Counted from the stretch's first letter, positions 38,185 through 47,979 are shown. The stretch is 64,000 nt of DNA from Phycisphaerae bacterium (GCA_041690105.1 JAWLHX010000001.1:14939-78938), one strand, 5' to 3'. Notes: a model not told the origin generated them from the letters alone. Program-made: numbers and translations.

Positions 38185-39153
38185 TCACCCATCGCAGCAC
38201 GCTCCACAGTCAATCAGGTTTCTGTACACCTTGGCCACAGGGGCTTCGGGATTGTCAATCACGTCGGCGATCTCGTAGCACGGCACCAGGTCGCCGGGGT
38301 TGGCTGGCTCATCAATGATAATTACGCCGCTGGCGCTCGACGGTACACGGCGCTCCAGGATGCAGCCGTGGATGCCGACGTTGCGGTCATATGGGGTCTG
38401 GCCATCGAAGATGTACCAGCAGTCCGGCGGGGTTGGCTTCTCGCCTGCCGGCCGGTTGAGCGGCTCCACCCAGTCGGCTAGTTCCATGTCGTGCCAGGTA
38501 ATCTTCAGGACGAAGTCGTCGCACCCCTCGGGCGGCGGGCCGGCGTAGGGGCAGATGCCGATGTTGAAGACTCTGTCTTCGCCGTACGGCGCATAGCCCG
38601 AGGCGGTATCGTAGGCGATGCTGACGCCATTTTCGCCGCTCCAGTTCATTGTGCAGGTGCCGTGGCCCGGCCCGGAGCAGGTATGGTTGCCGACGGCGAA
38701 CTTCGGCGGGCAGTAATTGCAGTCGGGCCACTGGACGCCGGGCAGCGCGTCGCAATCACCCTCCTGCCAAGGGTGATTGGCCGGAAAGCGGGCCTCGTAA
38801 TTCCAGCCGCCCCAGACCTTGAGGTCGGTCTCGATGCCGGGGCTGGCGCAGCCATCGGCCTCCTCGCAGTAGCGGAGGCGATAACACTGACCGCCGCGGA
38901 CGATCAGCACGTCCTGGGCCCACAGGTGACCATCGGCTTCGGGCGCGAAATCGAACTCGCGGAAATCATTGCGGCAGCAGATCGGCGCGCCGCCCCCGCA
39001 CGGCTCCAGGACGAAGACCGGGAAGCACGGCATGAGCAGCACGGGCGTCAGGCCGCACCCGTTGACGAGATGGCCGCCCGCGTTCTTAACCAGGTGACCC
39101 GTGGTGGCGGACTTCTTCAGGTGGGCCACGTCAGCAGTCCTCCGGGGTGTCAA
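38185..39153 (-). CDS. Cys-rich phage distal tail/tip protein
   Basis: Last gene of the tail module; 30+ cysteines (CPPKFAVGNHTCSGPGHGTCTMNW...). Confidence 0.45.
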   Translation of the reverse strand: MTPRRTADVAHLKKSATTGHLVKNAGGHLVNGCGLTPVLLMPCFPVFVLEPCGGGAPICCRNDFREFDFAPEADGHLWAQDVLIVRGGQCYRLRYCEEADGCASPGIETDLKVWGGWNYEARFPANHPWQEGDCDALPGVQWPDCNYCPPKFAVGNHTCSGPGHGTCTMNWSGENGVSIAYDTASGYAPYGEDRVFNIGICPYAGPPPEGCDDFVLKITWHDMELADWVEPLNRPAGEKPTPPDCWYIFDGQTPYDRNVGIHGCILERRVPSSASGVIIIDEPANPGDLVPCYEIADVIDNPEAPVAKVYRNLIDCGACCDG

Positions 39154-39934
39154 TCTCGATGCGCGTCTCGGCCGTCGCGGCCACCAGGCATCCTCGGCTG
39201 TCGAACTTCAGGTCACGATGGAAGGCGTAAAGCTTCTGGTCGCCAAGTTCGTTGTAGGCGGTGCGGGTCTGGATGCGGACGGTCACGCCGTCCTTGGCGG
39301 CGGGCTGCCCGGTAATGTCCCACGTGTCAATTGCGGCCAGTTCCTGCTCGAAATCGGCCGGCTCCAGCACCGCCGGGTCGTCCGCCGTGCCGGGGGCGCA
39401 GTCGAAGCGGACGATGGCCCACTTTTCGCCGGTGCCGGCCTCTTTCCAGAGGATGGCCGCCGAACCCGTGGCGCCGCTCTTCAGCCGCGCGGTGCCGCCA
39501 TCGATCTCTGCCCACTGGTGGCCGGCATCGGTAACGTTAAGTTTCGCGGGGAAAGTGCCGCTCGCGTAGCCGCGGCCGATCCCGCCGGCCTTGACCGGCC
39601 CGGAGAGGACAACGAAGCGGCCGAGGTGGTTGGGATCGATTGGCATGACGCCCTTGACCGTCAGCGTGGTCTTGAATTGACTGGCGGGCATTGCACCGTC
39701 CGAAGGCAGCACCAGGACGCCGTCGATGCCGAGCACGTCGAACTCGTCGCGATCGGCACCACTGTCGTTCCGCACAATGACCGGTGCGGGCGCGGAGAGG
39801 CCGAGGGCGGACATACCGGCTGCGTCCATGCCGCCGCCCTCAAATGCCTGCGCCAGCCGCATCAGGGCGTTCCAGGCGCGGGCCGAAGGGCGGAACGGCT
39901 CGCCGCTGGTGACGGGTCGGAAGGGATTGCTCAT
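39131..39934 (-). CDS. Phage tail protein (hypothetical)
   Basis: Position between tape-measure-proximal genes; overlaps its neighbours. Confidence 0.45.
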   Translation of the reverse strand: MSNPFRPVTSGEPFRPSARAWNALMRLAQAFEGGGMDAAGMSALGLSAPAPVIVRNDSGADRDEFDVLGIDGVLVLPSDGAMPASQFKTTLTVKGVMPIDPNHLGRFVVLSGPVKAGGIGRGYASGTFPAKLNVTDAGHQWAEIDGGTARLKSGATGSAAILWKEAGTGEKWAIVRFDCAPGTADDPAVLEPADFEQELAAIDTWDITGQPAAKDGVTVRIQTRTAYNELGDQKLYAFHRDLKFDSRGCLVAATAETRIEIDTPEDC

Positions 39935-40767
39935 GTGCCGATCCCCAGCCCGCTGAAATCCCCCTCGTCATACACCCGCTCGACATAAGCGGCGCACGGC
40001 CGCTTGACCAGCATCTTCGCTGTTGTGTCGAGCACGTCGTGATACCTGATCCACAGGTACTCCCAGCCTTTTTTCGAGACCACGGTGATCGAGGGGATTT
40101 CGGTGATGCTGGTCCGGTTCGGGCTGCTGGCGAAGCGGAACGTTATCTCCCAGTCGCTCTCGCCGCGCTTCGAGCCACTGGCCCCCAGAAACAGCACCTC
40201 GCCGGCCTGAAAGCCCTTGAATGCGCCGCTATTGGTCTTGCCGGTCAGGCCGAAGAGCGTGCCGCGATAGGCGAGCGTCACCGCACTGTCAGCCTTGTAG
40301 TGCGTCTCGCTCCAGTTGTAGACCGGCACGATGATGTCGCAGCCTTCGATGCTGCTGTCGGTGACGTTGATCGCCCCCTTGAAATCGGGGGCCGTATCGC
40401 CGGCCTGGCCGAAGCGGCCCTTGTTCTCCTTGCTCTGGGTGATGTGCTGCGAGCCGCCGCCGGTGTCGAAATTGAAGACGCTCTCGCCGGTGGCCGGCGG
40501 TTCCTTCTTCTCCAACTTTCCGGGCGTGACATACTCGACTGTGCCGAGCCAGAAGTCGGCCCGCTCGGTCTCGGCCACGCGACAGGTGCCCAGAACCAGC
40601 AGCGTCCCGATGCTGGCCGGAGCGTAGGCCGCCAGAGCCGCCCGCGCGGCTGACTCATCGCCGACATCATCGTCGGTCTGAAAGATGATATAGCGCCGCG
40701 AGGCGGAGTTGTTCCGCCCGGCCTCATACTCGCGACTTTCTGGCGCTTCCAGCACGGTTACTGCCAT
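39931..40767 (-). CDS. Phage distal tail protein (hypothetical)
   Basis: Immediately downstream of the tape measure gene, as expected for a Dit-like protein. Confidence 0.45.
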   Translation of the reverse strand: MAVTVLEAPESREYEAGRNNSASRRYIIFQTDDDVGDESAARAALAAYAPASIGTLLVLGTCRVAETERADFWLGTVEYVTPGKLEKKEPPATGESVFNFDTGGGSQHITQSKENKGRFGQAGDTAPDFKGAINVTDSSIEGCDIIVPVYNWSETHYKADSAVTLAYRGTLFGLTGKTNSGAFKGFQAGEVLFLGASGSKRGESDWEITFRFASSPNRTSITEIPSITVVSKKGWEYLWIRYHDVLDTTAKMLVKRPCAAYVERVYDEGDFSGLGIGT

Positions 40768-40780
40768 CGGCTCTTGCCCC

Positions 40781-43147
40781 TTACTGTTCGAACGTCAACC
40801 CGCCATCACCGGCCATATCCACCAGCCGGTCGGTATTCTCGGCAGTCTTCTCCGCCGCCTTGGCGGTCCGCTCCGCGGCCGATGCACCGCCGATGCTGAG
40901 GCCCTGCAGAGCGACGGCGCTGAAGGTGCCGATGGTCGCGAACTTCGACTGCACCTCGGCCACGCCCTTGGCCAGCCACGGGAACATATCCGTGTTGGGC
41001 TGTATCTTCGGCCCGCCCTGCTTCGCCCCGCCTGGCTTGCCCGGTGCCTCTTGCCCCGCCGGCGTCTGCTTCTTCTTCGTCTCGGCGATGGCGTCCTGCC
41101 ATTCCTTCCGGGCCGCGTCAACTTCGTCCTGGGCCGCGGCGATCCGCTGGTCGTATTCATCGTCAAGGGCCTGCTTTTTGGCCTCCTGCTCGGCCGTGAG
41201 CTGGTCCATGACGGCATTGTGCAGCGATTCCTCCTGACGACGTTCGGCGTCGCGCTGGGCCTCGCGGGCCCGGACGGCGCCATTGGCCTGCTCGTCAACC
41301 TTCTTGTTCTCCGCCTCCAGCCAAGCGTCGGCCCCGGCGTTGGCGGTATTGGAGTCGAAGCTGTCGTCAAAGAGACCCTTCAGCCAGTTCCAGGACTTCG
41401 AGACCTGCGCCCCCGCCCAGTTCCAGGCTTTGCCGATGCCCTGGCAGAACCGCGTCCAGGTGGTCGAGAGGAAGCTGGTCGTTTCGATCCAGGCAATCTC
41501 CAGCCCGTGCCAGACCGTCTCGGCCGCCCGCACCGCTCCGTAGAAGGCGTCGTAGGCCAGGCGGATGAAGAAGTTGCGGAAGTCGAGCCATAGCTTCGAG
41601 AGCCAGGCGATACCCTTCTGCCACTGGAGCTTCAGCGTCAACCACAGCACCTTGGCCGCCAGACCGATGTCGCCCGAAGCCAGGGCCGCACCGATGGCGC
41701 CAAAGGCCTCGCCCGCGTCGGCTGCCAGATCGCCGAAGACGCCCTTCAGCCATTCCAGAGCCTTGCCGCCCGCGCCGGTCCAGTAGAGGATGGCCGCACC
41801 AAGCGCCACGACGCCCACAATCACCAGGCCGATGGGCGAAAGGATCGCCCCGAGAATTGAGCCCGCCACGCCGAGCACCGTGCCCAGCACTGTGACAATA
41901 GTTGCCAGCCCGCCGATGGCCGTGGCCACCACGCTGGCGGCCAGCCCGAGGCCGATGAGTACCGCGCCCACTGCCGCCACGCCGACCGCCACTTTGGCGA
42001 TGATGACCACCAACGGCTTGTTGGCCTTGACGAATCCGGTCACAAAGCCCGCCGCTTTGCTCAGCCAGTCAGCAATGTCCGAAATGGCCGGTGCCAAAGC
42101 GTCGCCGATAGAGAGGGCAATGCCCTCAACCGCCGACCAGAACCGCCGCAAGGCTCCGCCGATGCCGGCATCCATCTCCGTGGCCGTCCGCGCCGCCGTG
42201 CCTGCCGCATTGTCGATGGCCTCGTTCAGCCGGTCGAATGACGCCCCCGTCAGCTTGGCTGCACCGGCAATGGCCCGGTCGCCGAAGAGTTCCGACAAGA
42301 GCGACACGCGCTCGGCCTGCCCCATGTTCTGCATGGCCTGGCCCACATCCGAAAGGATCGCCGAGACCGTCCGCAGGTTGCCGCCGGCATCGGTTACAGC
42401 CACGCCCATTCCTTCCAGCGTCTTCTGCACCTGGGGATTGGCGATCTGGAGCATGACCCGCTTCAGGGTGTTGCCGGCCATGGAGCCCTTGATGCCGAAG
42501 TTGGCCAGTGCTCCCAGCGTCTTGGCGGTCTCCTCCAGCGTCAGGCCGTAGGTCGAGGCCACCGGGGCAGCGTACTTCATGGACTCGCCCAGATCGGTGA
42601 TGGTCTGGGCGGAGCCATTGGCCGTGGCCGTCAGCACATCGGCCACGCGGCCCATCTCGGCAGCCTCCAGATCGAAGGCCCGCAGCGACGCTCCGGCGAT
42701 GTCGGCGGCCTCCGAAAGCTCGACACCCGTAGCCCGCGAGAGGTTCAGGATGTCGCCGATGGAGGCGTTGATCTCGTCCGACGAGAATCCCGCCCGCCCG
42801 AGTTCGGTCATGCCGGCGGCCACCTGGGCGGCGGTGAAGCTGGTGGTGCGGCCCAGTTCCTTGGCTGTCTCGGTGAGCATCTCAAACTGTTCGGCCGAGG
42901 CCCCGGTGACGGCCTTGACCGTCCGCATCTGGTCGTCGAAGGCCATAAAGACGCGGGTCGCCAGGGCGAAGCCGCCGGTCATGGCCGCCCCGGCAGCGAA
43001 GACTCGCGTGCCAGCCGAACGCAGCGTGCGGCCGAAGGCCTGAAGCTTCCGCTGCGCCGCCCGCAGCCCGCGCACGAGCTTTGAGTCGTCGGCGAAGAGC
43101 TCGACGAAGGCGCGACCGGCGCGGATGGAACCAGCGCTGTTTGCCAT
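40781..43147 (-). CDS. Phage tail tape measure protein (TP901-type core)
   Basis: FTAAQVAAGMTELGRAGFSSDEINASIGDILNLSRATGVELSEAADIAGASLRAFDLE...TDLGESMKYAAPVASTYGLTLEETAKTLGALANFGIKGSMAGNTLKRV, Gly-rich TM helices and C-terminal coiled coil. 788 aa. Confidence 0.85.
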   Translation of the reverse strand: MANSAGSIRAGRAFVELFADDSKLVRGLRAAQRKLQAFGRTLRSAGTRVFAAGAAMTGGFALATRVFMAFDDQMRTVKAVTGASAEQFEMLTETAKELGRTTSFTAAQVAAGMTELGRAGFSSDEINASIGDILNLSRATGVELSEAADIAGASLRAFDLEAAEMGRVADVLTATANGSAQTITDLGESMKYAAPVASTYGLTLEETAKTLGALANFGIKGSMAGNTLKRVMLQIANPQVQKTLEGMGVAVTDAGGNLRTVSAILSDVGQAMQNMGQAERVSLLSELFGDRAIAGAAKLTGASFDRLNEAIDNAAGTAARTATEMDAGIGGALRRFWSAVEGIALSIGDALAPAISDIADWLSKAAGFVTGFVKANKPLVVIIAKVAVGVAAVGAVLIGLGLAASVVATAIGGLATIVTVLGTVLGVAGSILGAILSPIGLVIVGVVALGAAILYWTGAGGKALEWLKGVFGDLAADAGEAFGAIGAALASGDIGLAAKVLWLTLKLQWQKGIAWLSKLWLDFRNFFIRLAYDAFYGAVRAAETVWHGLEIAWIETTSFLSTTWTRFCQGIGKAWNWAGAQVSKSWNWLKGLFDDSFDSNTANAGADAWLEAENKKVDEQANGAVRAREAQRDAERRQEESLHNAVMDQLTAEQEAKKQALDDEYDQRIAAAQDEVDAARKEWQDAIAETKKKQTPAGQEAPGKPGGAKQGGPKIQPNTDMFPWLAKGVAEVQSKFATIGTFSAVALQGLSIGGASAAERTAKAAEKTAENTDRLVDMAGDGGLTFEQ

Positions 43148-43200
43148 TAACCCACTCCAGACTGTTGCGTCCTGCCATTTGGTATTGCTATCATTGTGGC

Positions 43201-43746
43201 ATGACGATTTCAGAGATAAACTTCACGGCACTCTCGGCTTTTGCAACAGTGGCACGCGAATACATCATTTTCATTGATTCCTTCAGCTCAGGCAGACCTG
43301 ACAGGCTCTATCATCGACTTGAGGCACTATTACAGCATGTGCATCAGGCAATTGTGCCCGTTGAAATCGAAATTCCGAAAACTAAGCATGCCAAGTCAGA
43401 ATCCTTGGCTATGAGCACCGATGAGGCTGCTGCTGTCTCTCGCATGGTTCATGAACTCGTTGCGCCCGAGTCTTATGCGCTGCTTGAGCGGCATGAGGAG
43501 TTTGCTGATGCCGATATGAAAGGCAAAGACCCTGCCGCTACTCGAGCATTCATGCTTTTCGACGATCTGGCTGATATCTACCGCGACGTGCACCATGGCT
43601 TGGCCGTGTGGAATGTCGGTACACCCGACGCTCAAGCGGAGGCCGCATGGCAGTGGCGGTGGGGATATGAGAACCACTGGGGCGAGCACCTTTTTCGGGC
43701 CATGCTGACGGTTCACGAAATGCGTTATTGGCTTGTTGAAGAATGA
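43201..43746 (+). CDS. Moron: opposite-strand, lower-GC hypothetical protein inserted between tape measure and tail chaperone genes
   Basis: ATG 43201 (MTISEINFTALSAFATVAREYIIFIDSF...). The local region 43150-43450 is visibly AT-richer. It is the only plus-strand gene in the tail module. Confidence 0.55.
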   Translation: MTISEINFTALSAFATVAREYIIFIDSFSSGRPDRLYHRLEALLQHVHQAIVPVEIEIPKTKHAKSESLAMSTDEAAAVSRMVHELVAPESYALLERHEEFADADMKGKDPAATRAFMLFDDLADIYRDVHHGLAVWNVGTPDAQAEAAWQWRWGYENHWGEHLFRAMLTVHEMRYWLVEE

Positions 43747-43756
43747 CGGCCGAATG

Positions 43757-43945
43757 TCAACCCTTTCGGGCCTCCGCCCACTTCGCATCCGCCGCATCGG
43801 CCCGCGAAAACGCCGCGTCCACCTGCTCACGCGTGACCTGCCGCTGGCCGTTCTCGATGGCCCGCGACACCAGGCCCAGCAGTTCGTTGGCGATGTAGAG
43901 CACCAGCAGCGCGTCGAGCATTTTTCCCTCCTGTCTCCCGCTCAT
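43757..43945 (-). CDS. Small phage protein (hypothetical)
   Basis: 62-aa ORF coupled to the lipoprotein gene. Confidence 0.3.
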   Translation of the reverse strand: MSGRQEGKMLDALLVLYIANELLGLVSRAIENGQRQVTREQVDAAFSRADAADAKWAEARKG

Positions 43946-44286
43946 TGCCCGGCCTCCCTCTTCTCGGATTCAACCTTCAGCCGCTCCTGGAGCAGGAGCC
44001 GCACGGCGTCATTGAACTGCAGCGCCGCCGATTCCGTCGGCAGCCCGTTTTCGGCCGCCTCGTGCCAGCTATCAAGCGCCGCGCGGGCCAGCGAACGGTA
44101 TACTTCGATCCGCTCCGCCGTTGCATCGTCAATCTTTCCCGCCTGCCGGGCCTCGGCCAACACATTGACTGTCGAGGCATAGCCATCGACCGCCGTCACG
44201 AGCGGCAGGCGCGGATCATTCTTAACTGCGCAGCCCACCAGCAGCACGCACAGCGCCAACACCATCAGCATCAATTGCTTCATCAT
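43942..44286 (-). CDS. Phage-encoded lipoprotein
   Basis: GGAGGG then ATG: MMKQLMLMVLALCVLLVGC (lipobox LVGC). Confidence 0.5.
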   Translation of the reverse strand: MMKQLMLMVLALCVLLVGCAVKNDPRLPLVTAVDGYASTVNVLAEARQAGKIDDATAERIEVYRSLARAALDSWHEAAENGLPTESAALQFNDAVRLLLQERLKVESEKREAGQ

Positions 44287-44296
44287 CCGCCCTCCG

Positions 44297-44644
44297 TTAC
44301 AGGTTGCCCGCCGCTTCCAGGTCTGCATGCGTCACCTGAATCCCGTTCTTCAGGTCGGCCACCTCGGCCGACGTGGCCACGCGCCCCCTGGCCTGCTCGT
44401 ACACGGCCACTACCATCTTCAGGGCCGCATCCAGCCGGGCCAGGCCCGCGTGCGGCGTCTCGTCGGGGATCTCCTTCTCGGCCCACTTCACCGCCGAGAT
44501 GATTTCGCCCTCGTACTGCTGCCACAGAGGCTTGGCTGCATAGAGCCGCCCCAGCAGCCACAACAGCGCCGTCGCCAGCAACGTGATCGCCGCCGGAGAA
44601 TTTACCACCGCCCATAATCCCGATAACACTCCCGTCCAGTTCAT
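44297..44644 (-). CDS. Small membrane protein (phage)
   Basis: Two hydrophobic helices in the N-terminal half. Confidence 0.4.
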   Translation of the reverse strand: MNWTGVLSGLWAVVNSPAAITLLATALLWLLGRLYAAKPLWQQYEGEIISAVKWAEKEIPDETPHAGLARLDAALKMVVAVYEQARGRVATSAEVADLKNGIQVTHADLEAAGNL

Positions 44645-45383
44645 TGCTGCTTTCCTTTCTTCGCAAAGGCCTTCAGAATGCTTATGTTTGCCGCCGCAAG
44701 GGGTATGCCGCGACGCTCCGGGCGGCGCAGCGGATGAAAATCAATGGGCCTGGCCGCAGTCTGCCGCTTCGGATCGCGGTTGGCGTTGAAGATCATCGCC
44801 AGCACGGTGCTGGTGTGATCCCAGGCCTCCTGCCGCTTCGCCTCGGCCATCAGGGCCAACTCGCGAAGCGTAAGCGGGCCGGGATCGACTCCGACGACCC
44901 CCGCCAACTGCCAGATCAGCCGCCAGCAGGCGTCTTTGCTCCCGAGGCCGTCTCGATCTCGGCCAGCTGCTTTTCGACCTCCGCCATGAGCCGCGGGTCG
45001 TCGAGCCGGCTCTCCACCGCCCGAAGCGCCCTCTCCTCCAGCACCCGCAGCTTGCCGAGGGCCTTCGTGAGGACCGCCCGCTTCGGGCTCGGGAAAAAAC
45101 CCACCATCTCCTCCAGGAAGGCAGCGGTCGCCGCCTCGATCACGTCGCCGCCCATGGCCCGGCCGAAGTCCTCGTCCGAGATGCCCTTGGCGTCGAGCTC
45201 CGGCTTGCAGACGGCATAGAGCACGTCGCATAGGAGAATCGGATCGTTGGCCAGACGGCCCAGCAGGTCGCCCTCGAAGATCTCCAGCAGGTTCACCCCG
45301 CACAGCGTCCGCACCCGCTTGATGGCGTCCACGTTGACGGCCACGGTCCAGGTGCGGCCGGCGTTATCAATAAATGTTTTCAA
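44641..45383 (-). CDS. Tail assembly chaperones G (44916..45383) and frameshift extension T (44641..~44930)
   Basis: Two overlapping frames directly upstream of the tape measure gene. The 155-aa G-like product ends ...EIETASGAKTPAGG. The alternative frame extends ~95 aa further (...LTLRELALMAEAKRQEAWDHTSTVLAMIFNAN...). Confidence 0.55.
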
Positions 45384-45397
45384 TCAAGGTTCCTTTC

Positions 45398-45847
45398 TCA
45401 GGCTGCGGCGATGGTCTTCCACTGCGGCGGGTTCGCCGAGTAGGTCGGCTTCAGCGTCACCTTGACCGTCAGGGCTTCCTCCAGCGGCTCGGAGCGGCTG
45501 AAGTCAATCACCGCCATGTCGGCCCACAGGCCCTGGCGTCCCGCCTCGGTGACATCCCCGTCCATGGCCGCGATGCCGATGGCCGTGTCGTTGAAGTAAG
45601 CCGCCTGCAGCGCCGCGAAGCCGGTGTCGTCGGTGTCCCAGACCATCTCGAACTCGATGGAGCCTTCCTTCAGCGTGCCCACGCTGGCCTTCCAGCCGTT
45701 GTTGCCGCGGGTCGTCACGTCGGCCTCGCCCTTCTGGAGACTGACGTCCACGTTCTTGACGTTCGTCAGCTCCGTCCAGAGCGGCGTGCCGCCAATGCCG
45801 TCCGCGCAGAAATACAGTTTTGCGTCCTTGCCCAGTACGATGCTCAT
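45398..45847 (-). CDS. Phage major tail protein
   Basis: 149 aa, MSIVLGKDAKLYFCADGIGGTPLWTELTNVKNVDVSLQKGEADVTTRGNNGWKA...; position upstream of the G/GT chaperones. Confidence 0.7.
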   Translation of the reverse strand: MSIVLGKDAKLYFCADGIGGTPLWTELTNVKNVDVSLQKGEADVTTRGNNGWKASVGTLKEGSIEFEMVWDTDDTGFAALQAAYFNDTAIGIAAMDGDVTEAGRQGLWADMAVIDFSRSEPLEEALTVKVTLKPTYSANPPQWKTIAAA

Positions 45848-45884
45848 CGTTCTCTCCCTATCGTTCTCGGGGTTACTTGTCTGG

Positions 45885-46616
45885 TCAGCCTGCTCTGACC
45901 GAAGAGGCCCAAAGCCGCGGCAACTCCGGTCTTACTTTCGCCAGCGCCGGCCGCATGTACGGGCGGGCTTCAACAAACATGACCTTGTACATCGGGCCGT
46001 ACAGTTGCTCGTTCAACCGATTGGCTCGCGACACCTGGGCGGCGGACTTAAGTTTCGTGTAGAACACCCGTCCGCCGCGAATATTGATTTCGCCGCCACC
46101 GCCGACACGTCGCCTGCGCCGCTGTTTATTGCGTACCCGCGTGCGACCGCCGAACTCCAGCGTCTCCGGAGCGCCGCTGCCACGCGGAAACCCCACCGGC
46201 CCGATGACCACCGACTGCGCCACCGGCTCAAAGGCGTAGAAGAGGTTCTTGCGAACCCACGGGTGCGGCTTGATGGCTCGCGGCGGCTGGCCCGGCGAAC
46301 TCACGCTCGGGTCCCGCGCCTCCTTCTTGCGGAGGCCAGCGGCAACGCGCCGCTCCTGCTCCCGGCGGCTGGTAACGTAGCGCATCGACGTCTGCGCTGC
46401 CCGGCGAATCTTGCGCCCCGCATCCTGCAGGGCCTGCCGGCTTCTGGCGTCCATGTAGTTCTTGACGCGCTGGCGGTCAAAGAACCACCGTTTGACGTCG
46501 AACCGCAGCGTGAGGCCCGACCCCGGCGAGCCGCCGCCTCCCGCCAGCCGCGAGAGCGACCCGCCCAGCCCGGAGCCCGACAGCTTGCCGATCATGCCCC
46601 CGAAACCCGCCATCAC
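45885..46616 (-). CDS. Phage neck/tail-completion region protein (hypothetical, Gly/Arg-rich)
   Basis: Position between neck genes and major tail. Confidence 0.4.
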   Translation of the reverse strand: MMAGFGGMIGKLSGSGLGGSLSRLAGGGGSPGSGLTLRFDVKRWFFDRQRVKNYMDARSRQALQDAGRKIRRAAQTSMRYVTSRREQERRVAAGLRKKEARDPSVSSPGQPPRAIKPHPWVRKNLFYAFEPVAQSVVIGPVGFPRGSGAPETLEFGGRTRVRNKQRRRRRVGGGGEINIRGGRVFYTKLKSAAQVSRANRLNEQLYGPMYKVMFVEARPYMRPALAKVRPELPRLWASSVRAG

Positions 46617-47045
46617 TTACCTCATCACGCGGAACGTCACCGTCAGCACGCTCGTAAACTGCCGCAACTCTTCCAGATGCCCCGGCGAGTAGACCGGCTC
46701 GTTGGCGGTGGCGATCCATGAGGCCCGCGGATACTGCGACAGCTTCCGCTGCCGGAAGAAATCCGCGATCTCCTCAACCAGGTTCATCAGCGGATCGATC
46801 TCGGCGGCGTCTTCAGTCTGGAGCTTCTTCTGCACCGCCACGTCAACCGACACGTCACACTGCACGCCACTGCGGCTGGCGATGCCGATCTCGATGCCTT
46901 TGGGCACCACCGTCACGTGCAGGTCGACCATCTCCACCAGGTCGAACTGCGGCCGATAGAGCCGCCGGGCGGTGAACGTTTGGGTGAACTCCCCCGCGTT
47001 AAGCTCCACGACGACCGCATCGGCAATGTCCACGATCAATGCCAT
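46617..47045 (-). CDS. Phage neck protein (hypothetical)
   Basis: Start MALIVDIADAVVVELN; TGACATGG stop/start coupling with the upstream gene. Confidence 0.4.
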   Translation of the reverse strand: MALIVDIADAVVVELNAGEFTQTFTARRLYRPQFDLVEMVDLHVTVVPKGIEIGIASRSGVQCDVSVDVAVQKKLQTEDAAEIDPLMNLVEEIADFFRQRKLSQYPRASWIATANEPVYSPGHLEELRQFTSVLTVTFRVMR

Positions 47046-47046
47046 G

Positions 47047-47979
47047 TCAGCTTCCCACCCGCCCGAAACCAACCTGCCGCACGCCCGACCGCACTTCTCC
47101 CCAAGCAACTTCCGGCCGCATCAGAAAGATATTTGTCACGTCGCCTGGCATCGTCTGGTTGTCGACCACGCCGGACATCAGTTCGATGCGGCTCGCACTG
47201 ATGCCGCCAAGAATGCTCGTCGTTCCGTAAAGCCGAAGGAGCGATACGCTGGCGCCCAAGCCTATGATCTCGCAGTCAAAGAGCGTCATCAGATCAACGG
47301 TGCCGCCGTAGACGTCAATCGACGTGCCCGTGCAGGTCAACTCGCCAACCGTGCCGACACCGAGAAGCACGCCGCCGTTGACCGTCAGCTTGTTGGCCGT
47401 TATGCCAAAGGTGGCCACACCCGAGAGATTGAGGACCGCTTCATCGCAGCTGAAGTCGCCGCAATCGTTGAACGTGCTCGTCACCGTGACCTTGCCGCCA
47501 ATGGTTCCACCGAGGATCTGGGCGCCGTCGTTGATGGTCACGTTGCTGTCCACCGTGCCGCCGGTCATGTAACCCAGCGCCATGAGTGAACTGAAAGTGG
47601 CGTCGCCGGTGACGCGTCCGGCCGACATCACACCATCCCAGCAATCCAGTGCCGCCGTGGTCACGTTGGCCCACATGATAGGAACGTCCAGATTGCCGTT
47701 GGCGTACAGTTCATCGGTAGAGAGCGAGGCCAGCGTCGGAGCGTTAGCCAGTGTCGGCCCCGTCCAGCAGGTCTGAATGATCTGGAACTCCGGATTGCCG
47801 TTTGCATCATCCGCCCAAAAGCCGTACAGCCCGACATGATCGGCGAAATTAGCCGGATCGAGCCCCGGCAGGACTGTGGCCGGTTCACTGGCAGCGCCGT
47901 TCCAGACCCGCCAGTTGCCGAGGACGTTCCAATCGGCATCGACCTCGCCCGTCCAGCGATAGTGCCGTAAAGTGGCCAT
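47047..47979 (-). CDS. Gly/Thr/Val-rich repeat protein with possible parallel beta-helix fold, located in the head-tail connector module
   Basis: Repeats such as GGTVDSNVTINDGAQILGGTIGGKVTVTSTFND...LTVNGGVLLGVGTVGELTCTGTSIDVYGGTVDL. Confidence 0.45.
   Translation of the reverse strand: MATLRHYRWTGEVDADWNVLGNWRVWNGAASEPATVLPGLDPANFADHVGLYGFWADDANGNPEFQIIQTCWTGPTLANAPTLASLSTDELYANGNLDVPIMWANVTTAALDCWDGVMSAGRVTGDATFSSLMALGYMTGGTVDSNVTINDGAQILGGTIGGKVTVTSTFNDCGDFSCDEAVLNLSGVATFGITANKLTVNGGVLLGVGTVGELTCTGTSIDVYGGTVDLMTLFDCEIIGLGASVSLLRLYGTTSILGGISASRIELMSGVVDNQTMPGDVTNIFLMRPEVAWGEVRSGVRQVGFGRVGS

Noticed and set aside
38387-38855. Arg-rich minus/plus-strand ORFs overlapping the Cys-rich tail protein gene
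   Set aside because: They are alternative frames of a high-GC coding region. The Cys-rich frame is the one coupled to upstream genes.
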